IMG/VR virus record: IMGVR_UViG_3300028586_000750
DNA length: 64,000 nt
Source: a virus
Reading direction: 5' to 3' (one strand)
This document shows, in pieces, positions 49,576 to 57,867 of this stretch. The translations under genes were made by a program, and so were the position numbers. Within the stretch, counting starts at the first letter, position 1. Every line of letters starts with the position of its first letter. Under the pieces are notes generated by a model. It had not been told where the DNA came from, ran no database searches, and saw only the letters and a program-made list of their open reading frames with translations.

Positions 49576-49783
49576 ATGAAGGATAATCTAATGACATCTT
49601 AGGGCTGGTCCACGTCCTTATCGCTCGCCTGCCGGAATTACTGACTTTGCAGCATTGACCTTCGCCGTATTTGGCTCTGTCATTACTTCTCTCACCTAGG
49701 AAAGAAGGGTGTTGGCTCTATTGTTTTATAGTATTTCATTTAGGAAGACTTACCTATTTGTGTGCTTCCTTGCTTATGTATCT

Positions 49784-49813
49784 ACAATAGCACGCTTTCG
49801 TCAACCATGTCAA
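49784..49813 (-). promoter_or_regulatory. SigA-like promoter upstream of the ncRNA island
   Basis: TTGACA-N18-TATTGT. Confidence 0.65.
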
Positions 49814-49848
49814 CTCAAAAGCAAACTATTTTGAAAAAAGTTTTGAGC

Positions 49849-50202
49849 TTAATCTAGACGGTATGCAACAAGGGTTGCACGTGATGGATTGAACTGGGTA
49901 ACAAAACGCCACCCTGCGCAATCGCGTAGCCCAATACCAATAAGCGTATAATGCTCAGCATCCAACGAGTTAGAATCAGTTGTAAGCATTAGCTGAGGGC
50001 TACCCTTTTCAAACTCATCAAAAGGATGCTCAACAAAGACATAATTAATATTAGCCTCTACAGTGTCAATTTCCCAAACACGTAGGTTATTCTTTTTAGT
50101 AAGAAGCTTTACAGACTTAACCTTAATATCACCTTCATGCATTACTGCGGTTTTGCGATACACAGGTGTCACTTGTAGCCTTTTAACAAGGGGGTTGCGC
50201 AT
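49849..50202 (-). CDS. hypothetical protein
   Basis: GAGAG RBS. Confidence 0.7.
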   Translation of the reverse strand: MRNPLVKRLQVTPVYRKTAVMHEGDIKVKSVKLLTKKNNLRVWEIDTVEANINYVFVEHPFDEFEKGSPQLMLTTDSNSLDAEHYTLIGIGLRDCAGWRFVTQFNPSRATLVAYRLD

Positions 50203-50316
50203 TTTTATCTCTCAATTCTATTGAATAATATATGATTTAAGACTAACATAGTTGATGATATAGTTCAAGCCCCAACAAATATTATGTTGGGGCTTGAACT
50301 ATAGTTTTGTGCTGAT

Positions 50317-51318
50317 TTAACGTTTGAAGAAACCTGCGACAGTTTTTGCTAGACGAGCGGCAGGAGGCGTGTAACCTTCTGGTAGCTTATCTTCATTAAC
50401 AATTCTTGGTCTTCCGTTAGAAGGTGCTGGACTTGTGCTTTGTTCAGTTTTTACTTCTGATTTAGGTTCAGCGGTTTTAACGGTTTTCTTTCTACTCTTC
50501 TTGCTCTCGCCATAAGCTTCAAAAGTCCCTTCTTTATATCCATGAGCTTTATCAATTGCAGAACCGAAAGCTTTTAATCTCATGCTTTCTGCAAGCATTT
50601 CCTCTTGGTACATTCTTTGGCCTGGTCCACCTAACAAATATGAACGGTACAAAGATTGTCCTCGTTCATTGAAATTAAAACCATTATTTTTGCGTAGGGT
50701 TGTAATATGGGCATCTGCTTCTTGTGCAGTTAAAGCTCTCTTATGAGACAAGTCAACTACTTTTTTGAATTCTTCTTTTACAATTGTAGCTTTTCTTTGT
50801 ACTTCTGCTGAATATAAAGCTCTTTCTCCAACAAAACCATTATCAAAAGTAACATGTGTAGCTGTAACTTCTTTTTCTGCTGTAATAACAGGTTGACGTG
50901 CTTTTAACACACGAGGAGCATTTACTCTTTCTTCTTCTTTGCGCCAGTGCTCTTCAATTTGTCTGACCATCGCGCGGTCAGGGTAACCTAAACGTTCTTG
51001 ACGTTTGTCATAAGCAGCTTGACTTTTACGCTGTCTTGCTTGCACATTTTCAGGTAAATTATATACTCGATCTTCTTCTTCACGATGTTTAGCATAAGCA
51101 TCTTTCATTTCTTGTGGAAGAGCTTCAAAGTCTTCAACATCTTTTAATGTGATATCTTTTTTATTTGTCTTTCGGGCTGCATCATCATTTTTCCAGTCTT
51201 GGGTTAACGTAACTGTTATTGCCTCAACGTGTTTTCCACCGTTACGACATTCTTTTTTAGCAGGACAAGTAACCCATTGACCTTCTTTTGCACCAGATTT
51301 GGCAACATGCACGCTCAT
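50317..51318 (-). CDS. hypothetical protein with N-terminal Cys/His module
   Basis: HVAK...WVTCPAKKECRNGGKH; AAGGAG RBS. Confidence 0.78.
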   Translation of the reverse strand: MSVHVAKSGAKEGQWVTCPAKKECRNGGKHVEAITVTLTQDWKNDDAARKTNKKDITLKDVEDFEALPQEMKDAYAKHREEEDRVYNLPENVQARQRKSQAAYDKRQERLGYPDRAMVRQIEEHWRKEEERVNAPRVLKARQPVITAEKEVTATHVTFDNGFVGERALYSAEVQRKATIVKEEFKKVVDLSHKRALTAQEADAHITTLRKNNGFNFNERGQSLYRSYLLGGPGQRMYQEEMLAESMRLKAFGSAIDKAHGYKEGTFEAYGESKKSRKKTVKTAEPKSEVKTEQSTSPAPSNGRPRIVNEDKLPEGYTPPAARLAKTVAGFFKR

Positions 51319-51412
51319 ATTTTCTCCTTTAAAGCTGTATTACTTTATATATAACGGCGAAAGCCTTCCCTATAAATAGGGAAGGCTTTTCTTATGAGAG
51401 TTTTTTGTTGCG

Positions 51413-51895
51413 TTAGCGCTTCGGGGTGGCCTCATTGATGACCTTGTGCTGGTCGGTCGTGTAAATGACACGCTTGACACCGGCCTCTTCCAGAAGCTTC
51501 GTGCAGTTCTCGCAGGGGCGCGAGAAACGCGGTCGGCCCTGCTTGTCCACGCGAGCAACGTAGATGGTAGCGCCACGAGGGTCAGGAACGCGGCTCAGCG
51601 CGTCAGCCTCCGCGTGAGTGCTGATGTTGGGGTCGTACTCAGTGCTCTCGCTGACGGTCGTGTGACGGCTGCGGTAGCGGTTAATGCCCACCGAAAGGAC
51701 GCGGCCACCACGAACAACAACTGCACCGTGCTGACGGTTAACGTCGGAAGTCTCAGCAACCTTAGTGGCAAGGTCAAGGAAGGAACGCTGGCTGCGCGAA
51801 AGAGGGGTGTGGGGAAGCTCGAACGTACCAAGACGGTTCGCGTTTCCCTTGAACAGTCGGTTCCTCGGCGGGGCGCACATTTCCTGAAAAGACAT
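51413..51895 (-). CDS. cytidine/deoxycytidylate deaminase-like Zn enzyme
   Basis: HGAVVV, HAEADAL, SRPCENC; start uncertain. Confidence 0.88.
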   Translation of the reverse strand: MSFQEMCAPPRNRLFKGNANRLGTFELPHTPLSRSQRSFLDLATKVAETSDVNRQHGAVVVRGGRVLSVGINRYRSRHTTVSESTEYDPNISTHAEADALSRVPDPRGATIYVARVDKQGRPRFSRPCENCTKLLEEAGVKRVIYTTDQHKVINEATPKR

Positions 51896-52053
51896 TTCCG
51901 TGTAACTTTCTCTCATAAATTTAACGGTTGATACTCTTAGTGTAGCAAGCTGTACTGAGGAATGCAACTTCGCAAGCAAACTTTTGGAAAATATTTGAAA
52001 AAAAGTTTTGGCCTCTCAATCGGATATGACTGAGAGGCCAAAACTAAATGTGG

Positions 52054-52509
52054 TTATTTGATTTTTACAACACCAAGAGACATGTATTCGTTTGAGTGTC
52101 TAATGATTGCTTCCATATCTTCTGCATGGTAGATAAGACCGTTATTACCTAACCAAACAGGTGAATGCGTTTTAGTATGACCGACCACGTTGAACAGTTC
52201 TTTATCCACAACGATAACGCTTCCTTTAGTGAAGGAATAGTTCCATTTGGTGAAAGCTGAATAAAATGCGAAATCTGCAATCGATAGGTTCTTGTGTTTT
52301 TCACCTGCGATTGTAACAAAGTTAAATGTGCCACGTTTTAGGCTTTGGGAAAGGACATATCCGTAGTTAACGTTTTTGCCCGCAATGATTTTGACTTTGG
52401 AACGGTTGCGAATAACAGTATTAAGGTCATCAATTTGAGGAACTAACCCTGAATGGCACCCTGACATATCATTTAGAGTATAGGCATTAACTTTCATGGC
52501 AAAACTCAC
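52054..52509 (-). CDS. hypothetical protein
   Basis: Coupled to upstream gene. Confidence 0.65.
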   Translation of the reverse strand: MSFAMKVNAYTLNDMSGCHSGLVPQIDDLNTVIRNRSKVKIIAGKNVNYGYVLSQSLKRGTFNFVTIAGEKHKNLSIADFAFYSAFTKWNYSFTKGSVIVVDKELFNVVGHTKTHSPVWLGNNGLIYHAEDMEAIIRHSNEYMSLGVVKIK

Positions 52510-52913
52510 TTGTTGTGAATATCAAGCTTGGGAACAAGCTTTAGAAGGCCCTCTGGGATAAGGCTATTAGTCCACTCACCGTCAACAGGAGAAACAATAT
52601 AGGTATCCCCGGTCTGGTTCCATACAGCATAATCCGCTGTGTCAGCAAGAACGCGCACATGTGGACGATTAGGGTTGAAGTTGCTGAAAGTGGTTACAAC
52701 AAGCTTGCTACCAACAACACTAAGGTTCTCAGGGTTCACATGTGGGTAAGTTCCAATAATATCAGCTACATAGAAGTTAGTATCATGGTCACCCTTTAGC
52801 TTCTGGTGCCCTTCTTTGAATGATAGACAAAGAGCATCTAGCGTATCAGGTTCGTCATCAAGACGCACAACAGTAATACGGGGAAGTTCAGTTTCAATGT
52901 GGATGTAAGACAT
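52506..52913 (-). CDS. hypothetical protein
   Basis: AGGA RBS. Confidence 0.7.
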   Translation of the reverse strand: MSYIHIETELPRITVVRLDDEPDTLDALCLSFKEGHQKLKGDHDTNFYVADIIGTYPHVNPENLSVVGSKLVVTTFSNFNPNRPHVRVLADTADYAVWNQTGDTYIVSPVDGEWTNSLIPEGLLKLVPKLDIHNK

Positions 52914-52928
52914 TATTTTCCTAAATAG

Positions 52929-53162
52929 TTATTCGTCAACAATACCGAGTAAATCAGCTAGGGTTTCACGATTATCCGTGTCATCCCAACCCCAACAACG
53001 GCCTGAGTTAAGTAATGCAGCATTTTTTGGGTCTGAAAAAATTGTTTTAACTTTCTCAATATCTTCGTCTTGTAGAACAACAAAGAATTCTTGCTTGATG
53101 TCAAGCAGATCATCATCAGTTAACGTTTTGCGTCCTGGTCGGTTACGACGGCTTTCAGCCAT
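52929..53162 (-). CDS. hypothetical protein
   Basis: GGAG RBS. Confidence 0.7.
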   Translation of the reverse strand: MAESRRNRPGRKTLTDDDLLDIKQEFFVVLQDEDIEKVKTIFSDPKNAALLNSGRCWGWDDTDNRETLADLLGIVDE

Positions 53163-53493
53163 TTATTACTCCAATAATTAAGTTTGATGTGCAACCAGCT
53201 TACCAGTATTGAAAACATTTGTCAAGAACTGGTTAAACAAGTAATGCGTCAAATCATTGAGACTTGACGCATTACTTGTAATACCTTTAGGAAAGAATAG
53301 TTCCCAAAGTTTGTTTCTATCATAAGTAAGGATTCTAACTTTTCGGCTTCTCTGCTTGCGCTCCACCTATGTGAAAAGTTACAACTGACGTAGCACTATT
53401 CTTACTACTACTCGACATTTCCATGAGCATGCCAAGCTTCCAACATAATTCCGTTTCAAGCAGTGTATTAAGCTGCTATCCATTCGTCATGGG

Positions 53494-53576
53494 TACTCCA
53501 GGTGGGACTCGAACCCACACGTCCTTTCGGACAAAGCATTTTGAGTGCTTCGCGTCTGCCATTCCGCCACTAGAGC
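53494..53576 (-). tRNA. tRNA-Leu(CAA)
   Basis: Class II cloverleaf, AAGCA-CTCAAAA-TGCTT, variable arm GTCC-GAAA-GGAC. Confidence 0.95.
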
Positions 53577-53726
53577 ATATTTGGTAACTTGCGTTACCGT
53601 GTTGCTCTCTATACATATACTATAACACGTTTTTGGAAGGTATGCAACCTATTTACAATTTTTCTTCTAAAAAGACAAGTGGAGGGCAACTTAAATTAAG
53701 TTGCCCTCCACTTTAGTAGTCACTAA

Positions 53727-55265
53727 TTATTTCACGAATGAAACACCAGTTGTTGTTTTGTCATATTGAGGCCAGGTTGTACCATTTGATGGACCATAGA
53801 AGGAAGATTTTAATGTTCCGTTCTTTGTGTCAATTTCAAGTGTACGTACTGGGTTTGTGGTGTTTGAATGGAATGTTCCTAAGTAAGAAACAATTTTGTT
53901 ACCGTTCACACCAGTGTCTTCGCGGTATCCTGCTTCACCGACGTGACCAGAAACAACAATTTTGATGTTTGCGTACTGCTTAATCAAGTTGTCGTAAACG
54001 TATTGTGCAGAATTTGAACCATAGCTTGCTGATTGGTCAATTGTTGAGCCGCCATTCAAGTAAGAATGAGTTGATACAACAACATTGTAGTCAGGGTGTG
54101 AAGCTACAACTGTTTTAGCCCAGTCAACAACTTCTGTTCTTGGCCATAGTTCAAGATTTAGCATAAGCCATTTTTGGCCTGCTGCGTCAAAGGTTTGGTA
54201 AGCGTTATCAACTTTACCTGCTTCAAAGGTTGTAATACCTGGGTAACGGTTTACGTTGAAGTAAGTGTTGAATGTTGTTGTGTTGCGAACCAAAGTTCTT
54301 GTGTTCTTTGGGTCTGCTGCTCCACCACCGACACCTACTGCTGCTGTGTCATGGTTACCAATTGTTAATGCGTTAGGAATTTTGTTGTCATCTAGCACTC
54401 TCATAGCTTTTGATGCAACTTCGTATTGGTCATGAGTTGGGGTGTCCCAGTTCACAACGTCACCTGTGTGTTCTACGAAACGTAGGTCAAGGTTTTCTTT
54501 GTTGTTAACTAACCATTGTGTTCTGTTAATAAATCTGCTGTCTTTTCCAACTTCCTGTTGTGTGTCAGGGATGACTGCGATTGAGAACTTACCGTCAGCG
54601 TCTTGTGGGCTTAATGGCGCTGGGGTTGGTGTAACTGGTGGTGTAACCACTGGTGGGGTCACAGGAGGCGTTACAGGGGGTGTAACAGGTACTGTAGCTG
54701 CTGGCATTGCCCAGAAGATTGTTCCTTCTGCTGTCCAACCTGCTGCTTTAAGAGCATCTTTATCAGCTTGTGTTGTTGCGTAACGGTGCTTGCTTCCAAG
54801 AATGAAACGGTCTACAGGAATACCGCAATCAATCTTTTTAGGTGAAGCATAGAAGTTGATACCTTGGTCAACGTAATCATATTTTGTTTTGGCACTTTCG
54901 TATTCGTTTGAACCTGACCATTTTGGAATGTAAACAAAGTCACCTTTTTTAAACATGCGGTAAACAGGAACTAGTCCTTCTTTTTCTTTACCTGCTGCTT
55001 TGAACGACACACCTTTATCTACAGTAAAACCATTGTTAACTTTAGCTTTAGCAATCTCATTTGCATTAGATGTAAGCAACGATGCATTTGATGTTGGGTT
55101 AACTGATTGGTAGATATCTGTTGTCATTCCAGCACATACGGTGCTGGACGCGGGTGTGGTTGCTGCGTTTGCTGTTACCGCACCCATTGGTAAGAATGCC
55201 AATGTTAAAGCTACTGCGCCAAACTTTTTCCAATTTTTGGCAGAGTTCTTGTTTTGTTTTTTCAT
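53727..55265 (-). CDS. secreted calcineurin-like metallophosphoesterase with N-terminal DUF5648-like domain and PT linker
   Basis: Signal peptide (ANA); IPDTQ, HTGDVV, IGNHD, THSY, VSGH motifs; VPVYRM...GW.AEG..FW repeats. Confidence 0.87.
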   Translation of the reverse strand: MKKQNKNSAKNWKKFGAVALTLAFLPMGAVTANAATTPASSTVCAGMTTDIYQSVNPTSNASLLTSNANEIAKAKVNNGFTVDKGVSFKAAGKEKEGLVPVYRMFKKGDFVYIPKWSGSNEYESAKTKYDYVDQGINFYASPKKIDCGIPVDRFILGSKHRYATTQADKDALKAAGWTAEGTIFWAMPAATVPVTPPVTPPVTPPVVTPPVTPTPAPLSPQDADGKFSIAVIPDTQQEVGKDSRFINRTQWLVNNKENLDLRFVEHTGDVVNWDTPTHDQYEVASKAMRVLDDNKIPNALTIGNHDTAAVGVGGGAADPKNTRTLVRNTTTFNTYFNVNRYPGITTFEAGKVDNAYQTFDAAGQKWLMLNLELWPRTEVVDWAKTVVASHPDYNVVVSTHSYLNGGSTIDQSASYGSNSAQYVYDNLIKQYANIKIVVSGHVGEAGYREDTGVNGNKIVSYLGTFHSNTTNPVRTLEIDTKNGTLKSSFYGPSNGTTWPQYDKTTTGVSFVK

Positions 55266-55425
55266 TTAAACTTTTCTCCTCGTAAATGAACTACTACATA
55301 TATCTGTTGCTGTGAAGACTTTCAGGGGCTATCCAGAAAAATACTTTTATATTGTTTCTTCGACGCTTTCTGGATAGCCAAAAGGCCCCTACTAAATTTA
55401 GTAGGGGCCTTTTGGAGTAAATTAC

Positions 55426-55902
55426 TTAGAAATCTAGTCCAACAGCTAGATAGATAGTGAACCCACCTGAACGCCAGAACATGAAAGAACCAGTTCCTAC
55501 GCCTTCTGCCATATGAACCCATTCCCAACCATCAATGTCATCGTTGCTTGCATGACCACGGTAGTCGCCGTGCTGCTTGTGACGAAGGATGACAGGAACC
55601 CCGTAGTCTGCGGGAAGGTCAGCAGCAGACTTGACCTCAGCGCCAATGTTTTCGTCAGCTTCAAACGTAACAACATCACGGGTGGCGTCAACAAGCTCTA
55701 GAGTATCAACAAGGTGACCTTCTGGGGTGAGCAGAGGAACAAAGGTATCGCTTTCTCCCCCGTAGATATATCCAATACGCCCATCCTTCTCGGTGATGTC
55801 AGTTGTGGACTGTGCGAAGAGCGCAGGGAAACCGGCTACGGCAAAAATTGCTTTGTCGCCAGCTTTAAGTTCGGACGGGTTTGCGATGTGAATGATAGCC
55901 AT
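55426..55902 (-). CDS. hypothetical protein
   Basis: AAGGAG RBS. Confidence 0.75.
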   Translation of the reverse strand: MAIIHIANPSELKAGDKAIFAVAGFPALFAQSTTDITEKDGRIGYIYGGESDTFVPLLTPEGHLVDTLELVDATRDVVTFEADENIGAEVKSAADLPADYGVPVILRHKQHGDYRGHASNDDIDGWEWVHMAEGVGTGSFMFWRSGGFTIYLAVGLDF

Positions 55903-55928
55903 TAGTTGCTCCTTATTTAGGTAGTTTC

Positions 55929-55957
55929 ACTGTATCACAGTAAATACAGGTTAGCAA
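55929..55957 (-). promoter_or_regulatory. SigA-like promoter with TGTCTTTTC immediately upstream of -35
   Basis: TTGCTA-N17-TACAGT. Confidence 0.6.
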
Positions 55958-56009
55958 TGTGAAAAGACAAAGCGGGGTGCCTCATATTTAGAGGCACCCC
56001 GCTAGTAAG

Positions 56010-56186
56010 TTATTCGATTTCTACTTTAGTAGCTGGTTCTACGTGAAGGTCACCATGCTCTGTTTTAATTCGCACGTGACCGGGAATTGCTTTGGATGGC
56101 TCTGCATCTTCAATGGCACGGGAAAGATTTCCCTGTGAGCCAATGATGAAGTCTCCACCTTTTACCTCGTCGTATCTAACAATCAT
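56010..56186 (-). CDS. hypothetical protein (58 aa)
   Basis: Hand translation MIVRYDEVKGGDFIIG...KVEIE. Confidence 0.6.
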   Translation of the reverse strand: MIVRYDEVKGGDFIIGSQGNLSRAIEDAEPSKAIPGHVRIKTEHGDLHVEPATKVEIE

Positions 56187-56262
56187 AAGTTTTCTCTTCT
56201 CTCAGGTTAAATAAAAAACGCTACAGCCCTATACCGTAATGTGCATATAGGACTGTAGCGGT

Positions 56263-56402
56263 GTATAGCTTCTAATTCCTTCACAAGGAAACTATACGCA
56301 AAATTCTGCACCCTGTTGCCACAGGATAAGGAATGCAGTGAACAGCCTCAACTACGGCTCTTGCTGTTCTCGTCAAATCAGGGTGGCAACCCTGGCCGTA
56401 GA
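56263..56402 (-). ncRNA. predicted pseudoknotted RNA 3' of tRNA-Leu(UAA)
   Basis: CTACGGC/GCCGTAG crossed by GAACAGC/GCTGTTC, plus three further hairpins before the terminator. Confidence 0.45.
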
Positions 56403-56407
56403 TTTCG

Positions 56408-56489
56408 TAGCTCAGGTGGGACTCGAACCCACAATCCTTGCGGCACTTGATTTTAAGTCAAGCGTGTATGCCAATTCCACCACTAAGCC
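56408..56489 (-). tRNA. tRNA-Leu(UAA)
   Basis: Class II cloverleaf, CTTGA-CTTAAAA-TCAAG. Confidence 0.95.
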
Positions 56490-56624
56490 ATAGTGTGTGT
56501 TCCGCCTTACCTTTGTAAGACCTTACGGAAAGAAACACATTCCCGTTACCCAACATCATCACTTAATGTGTCCCTATGCTTTTATTTACATAAAAGAGGC
56601 AGATGAGCGGTCAGATAACCCTTG

Positions 56625-56699
56625 AGGGATCGACGAGATTCGAACTCGCGCCTTCAGTTTGGAAGACTGACATGCTATGACCGCTAACACTACGTTCCC
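56625..56699 (-). tRNA. tRNA-Gly(UCC)
   Basis: TCAGT-CTTCCAA-ACTGA, U73; one acceptor mismatch. Confidence 0.92.
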
Positions 56700-56706
56700 A
56701 TACCAT

Positions 56707-56772
56707 ACAGACAAACAGGAATTTAACCTGTGACCTTGCTCACCACACGCTCTAACACTGAGCTATTATCTG
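56707..56772 (-). ncRNA. tRNA-like RNA with truncated anticodon arm
   Basis: Acceptor CAGATAA/TTGTCTG, D stem GCTC/GAGC, T arm ACAGG/CCTGT; anticodon arm only 11 nt. Confidence 0.75.
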
Positions 56773-56874
56773 TACTATGCAACGGCGTTCAAATCCGTTC
56801 CTCTTCGCTTGCTTGCGAATTGTGCTATCTATACACTATACAAGTTTGTTATAATTCACTATGTAATTATTTTG

Positions 56875-56948
56875 TTGCGGGAGAGGGATTTGAACCCTCG
56901 ACCTCTAGATTATGAGCCTAGCGAGCTACCGAACTGCTCCACCCCGCT
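56875..56948 (-). tRNA. tRNA-Met(CAU), initiator-like
   Basis: GCGGGGTGGAGCAG...CTCATAA...; 1:72 mismatch, A11:U24; TTGACA-N18-TAGAAT promoter at 56962-56991. Confidence 0.92.
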
Positions 56949-57130
56949 TCGTTATGTTTCTATTCTAGCACACTTTATGTATTCATGTCAACTTATTTTG
57001 TCAACTTTATGTGCTTAAAGTTTTAGTGTGAGACTACCTCTTATTTCTCATTCTCACCCCAGCGCGTTATTAACTCACCTATCAAGTCTACCATCCTAAC
57101 CCCGAAAGGTTAGGACCGCTGGCCCTCGCG

Positions 57131-57199
57131 TTCCTTCACATAGAATTGAACTATGGACATTCCAAAAAGTTGGACGCTCTACCACTGAGCTATGAAGGA
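57131..57199 (-). ncRNA. tRNA-like RNA with 4-nt anticodon loop
   Basis: TCCTTCA/TGAAGGA acceptor, AGCTCAGTGGTAGAGC D arm, TCCAA-CTTT-TTGGA, CATAG-TTCAATT-CTATG. Confidence 0.8.
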
Positions 57200-57377
57200 C
57201 TTACTAATGATCTCAACTTAGTTAGGTTGAAAGAGCAGTTCCGTAGGATACATCACTCCTGCAAACAAGGTAGCTAACCTGTAAGTTGCAGTCAACTAAT
57301 AACTAAACCATTCAAAGGAATGTGCCGTTCCTTAATGGCTCTCCAACTATAATGGCACACAGTTGAAGCATGAATCG

Positions 57378-57460
57378 TTTCCCTGGCAGGACTCGAACCT
57401 ACACTACACCGGCTATAAATAACTATGCCTAGCTGCCTTGACCAATTTGGCTACAGGGAA
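57378..57460 (-). ncRNA. tRNA-like RNA with expanded (14-nt) anticodon loop
   Basis: TTCCCTG/CAGGGAA acceptor, GCC/GGC D stem, GCTA-N14-TAGC, GTAGG-TTCGAGT-CCTGC. Confidence 0.75.
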
Positions 57461-57811
57461 ATAATAAGATTAACGACAGGGTTTAATACCTGCATTTTAA
57501 GGCCGTAGCCACTTACACAATGTAAGATGTTTTACTTAAACTACGTCAACCTAAATCGCTATTGTTTTATCTAAACTATATCTGTTAAAAATAGTTTTTG
57601 TGGCTGTAGGTCCGTTGATGAACCTGTCTCCATTTTTTGGAATAAACTTTCACGTTCAAACCAGAAAAGTTGTTTTCGTAAACTAACAGCCTTCCACCGA
57701 GATTTTGTGCTATTGTCCTCGGTTAATCCGCTCAGTGCAGCAATGGAGCTACCATATCTTTGCACTATTTATCTTGCGGTTTATCTTGATATTTCTTTAT
57801 AAGATACTTCT

Positions 57812-57840
57812 ATACTATCACACGATTTTAAGTAAATCAA
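57812..57840 (-). promoter_or_regulatory. SigA-like promoter with TGTCTTTTC immediately upstream of -35
   Basis: TTGATT-N17-TAGTAT. Confidence 0.6.
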
Positions 57841-57867
57841 TGTGAAAAGACATTTTCTTCAAAATAT

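Noticed and set aside
48581-49760. tmRNA, RNase P, SRP or group I/II intron as identity of the large ncRNA
   Set aside because: Missing the tmRNA GGGG..ATTCGA start and tRNA-like 3' end, RNase P GAGGAAAGTCC, SRP GGAA-GCAGCA loop, and intron P7/domain V motifs
56263-56402. Theta/HDV-like ribozyme at the tRNA-Leu 3' end
   Set aside because: No P3/L3 hairpin immediately before P1', no P1.1 or catalytic C segment, and no G at the tRNA junction; kept only as an unclassified pseudoknot
57470-57520. T-arm-like hairpin GCAGG..CCCTG, and similar ones at 56785-56805 and 63085-63110
   Set aside because: No acceptor stem or D arm could be assembled, so not called tRNA-like
57571-57765. 64-aa minus-strand ORF downstream of the 57812-57840 promoter (also 53178-53366)
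   Set aside because: No RBS or motif; may be real, but cannot be supported from sequence alone
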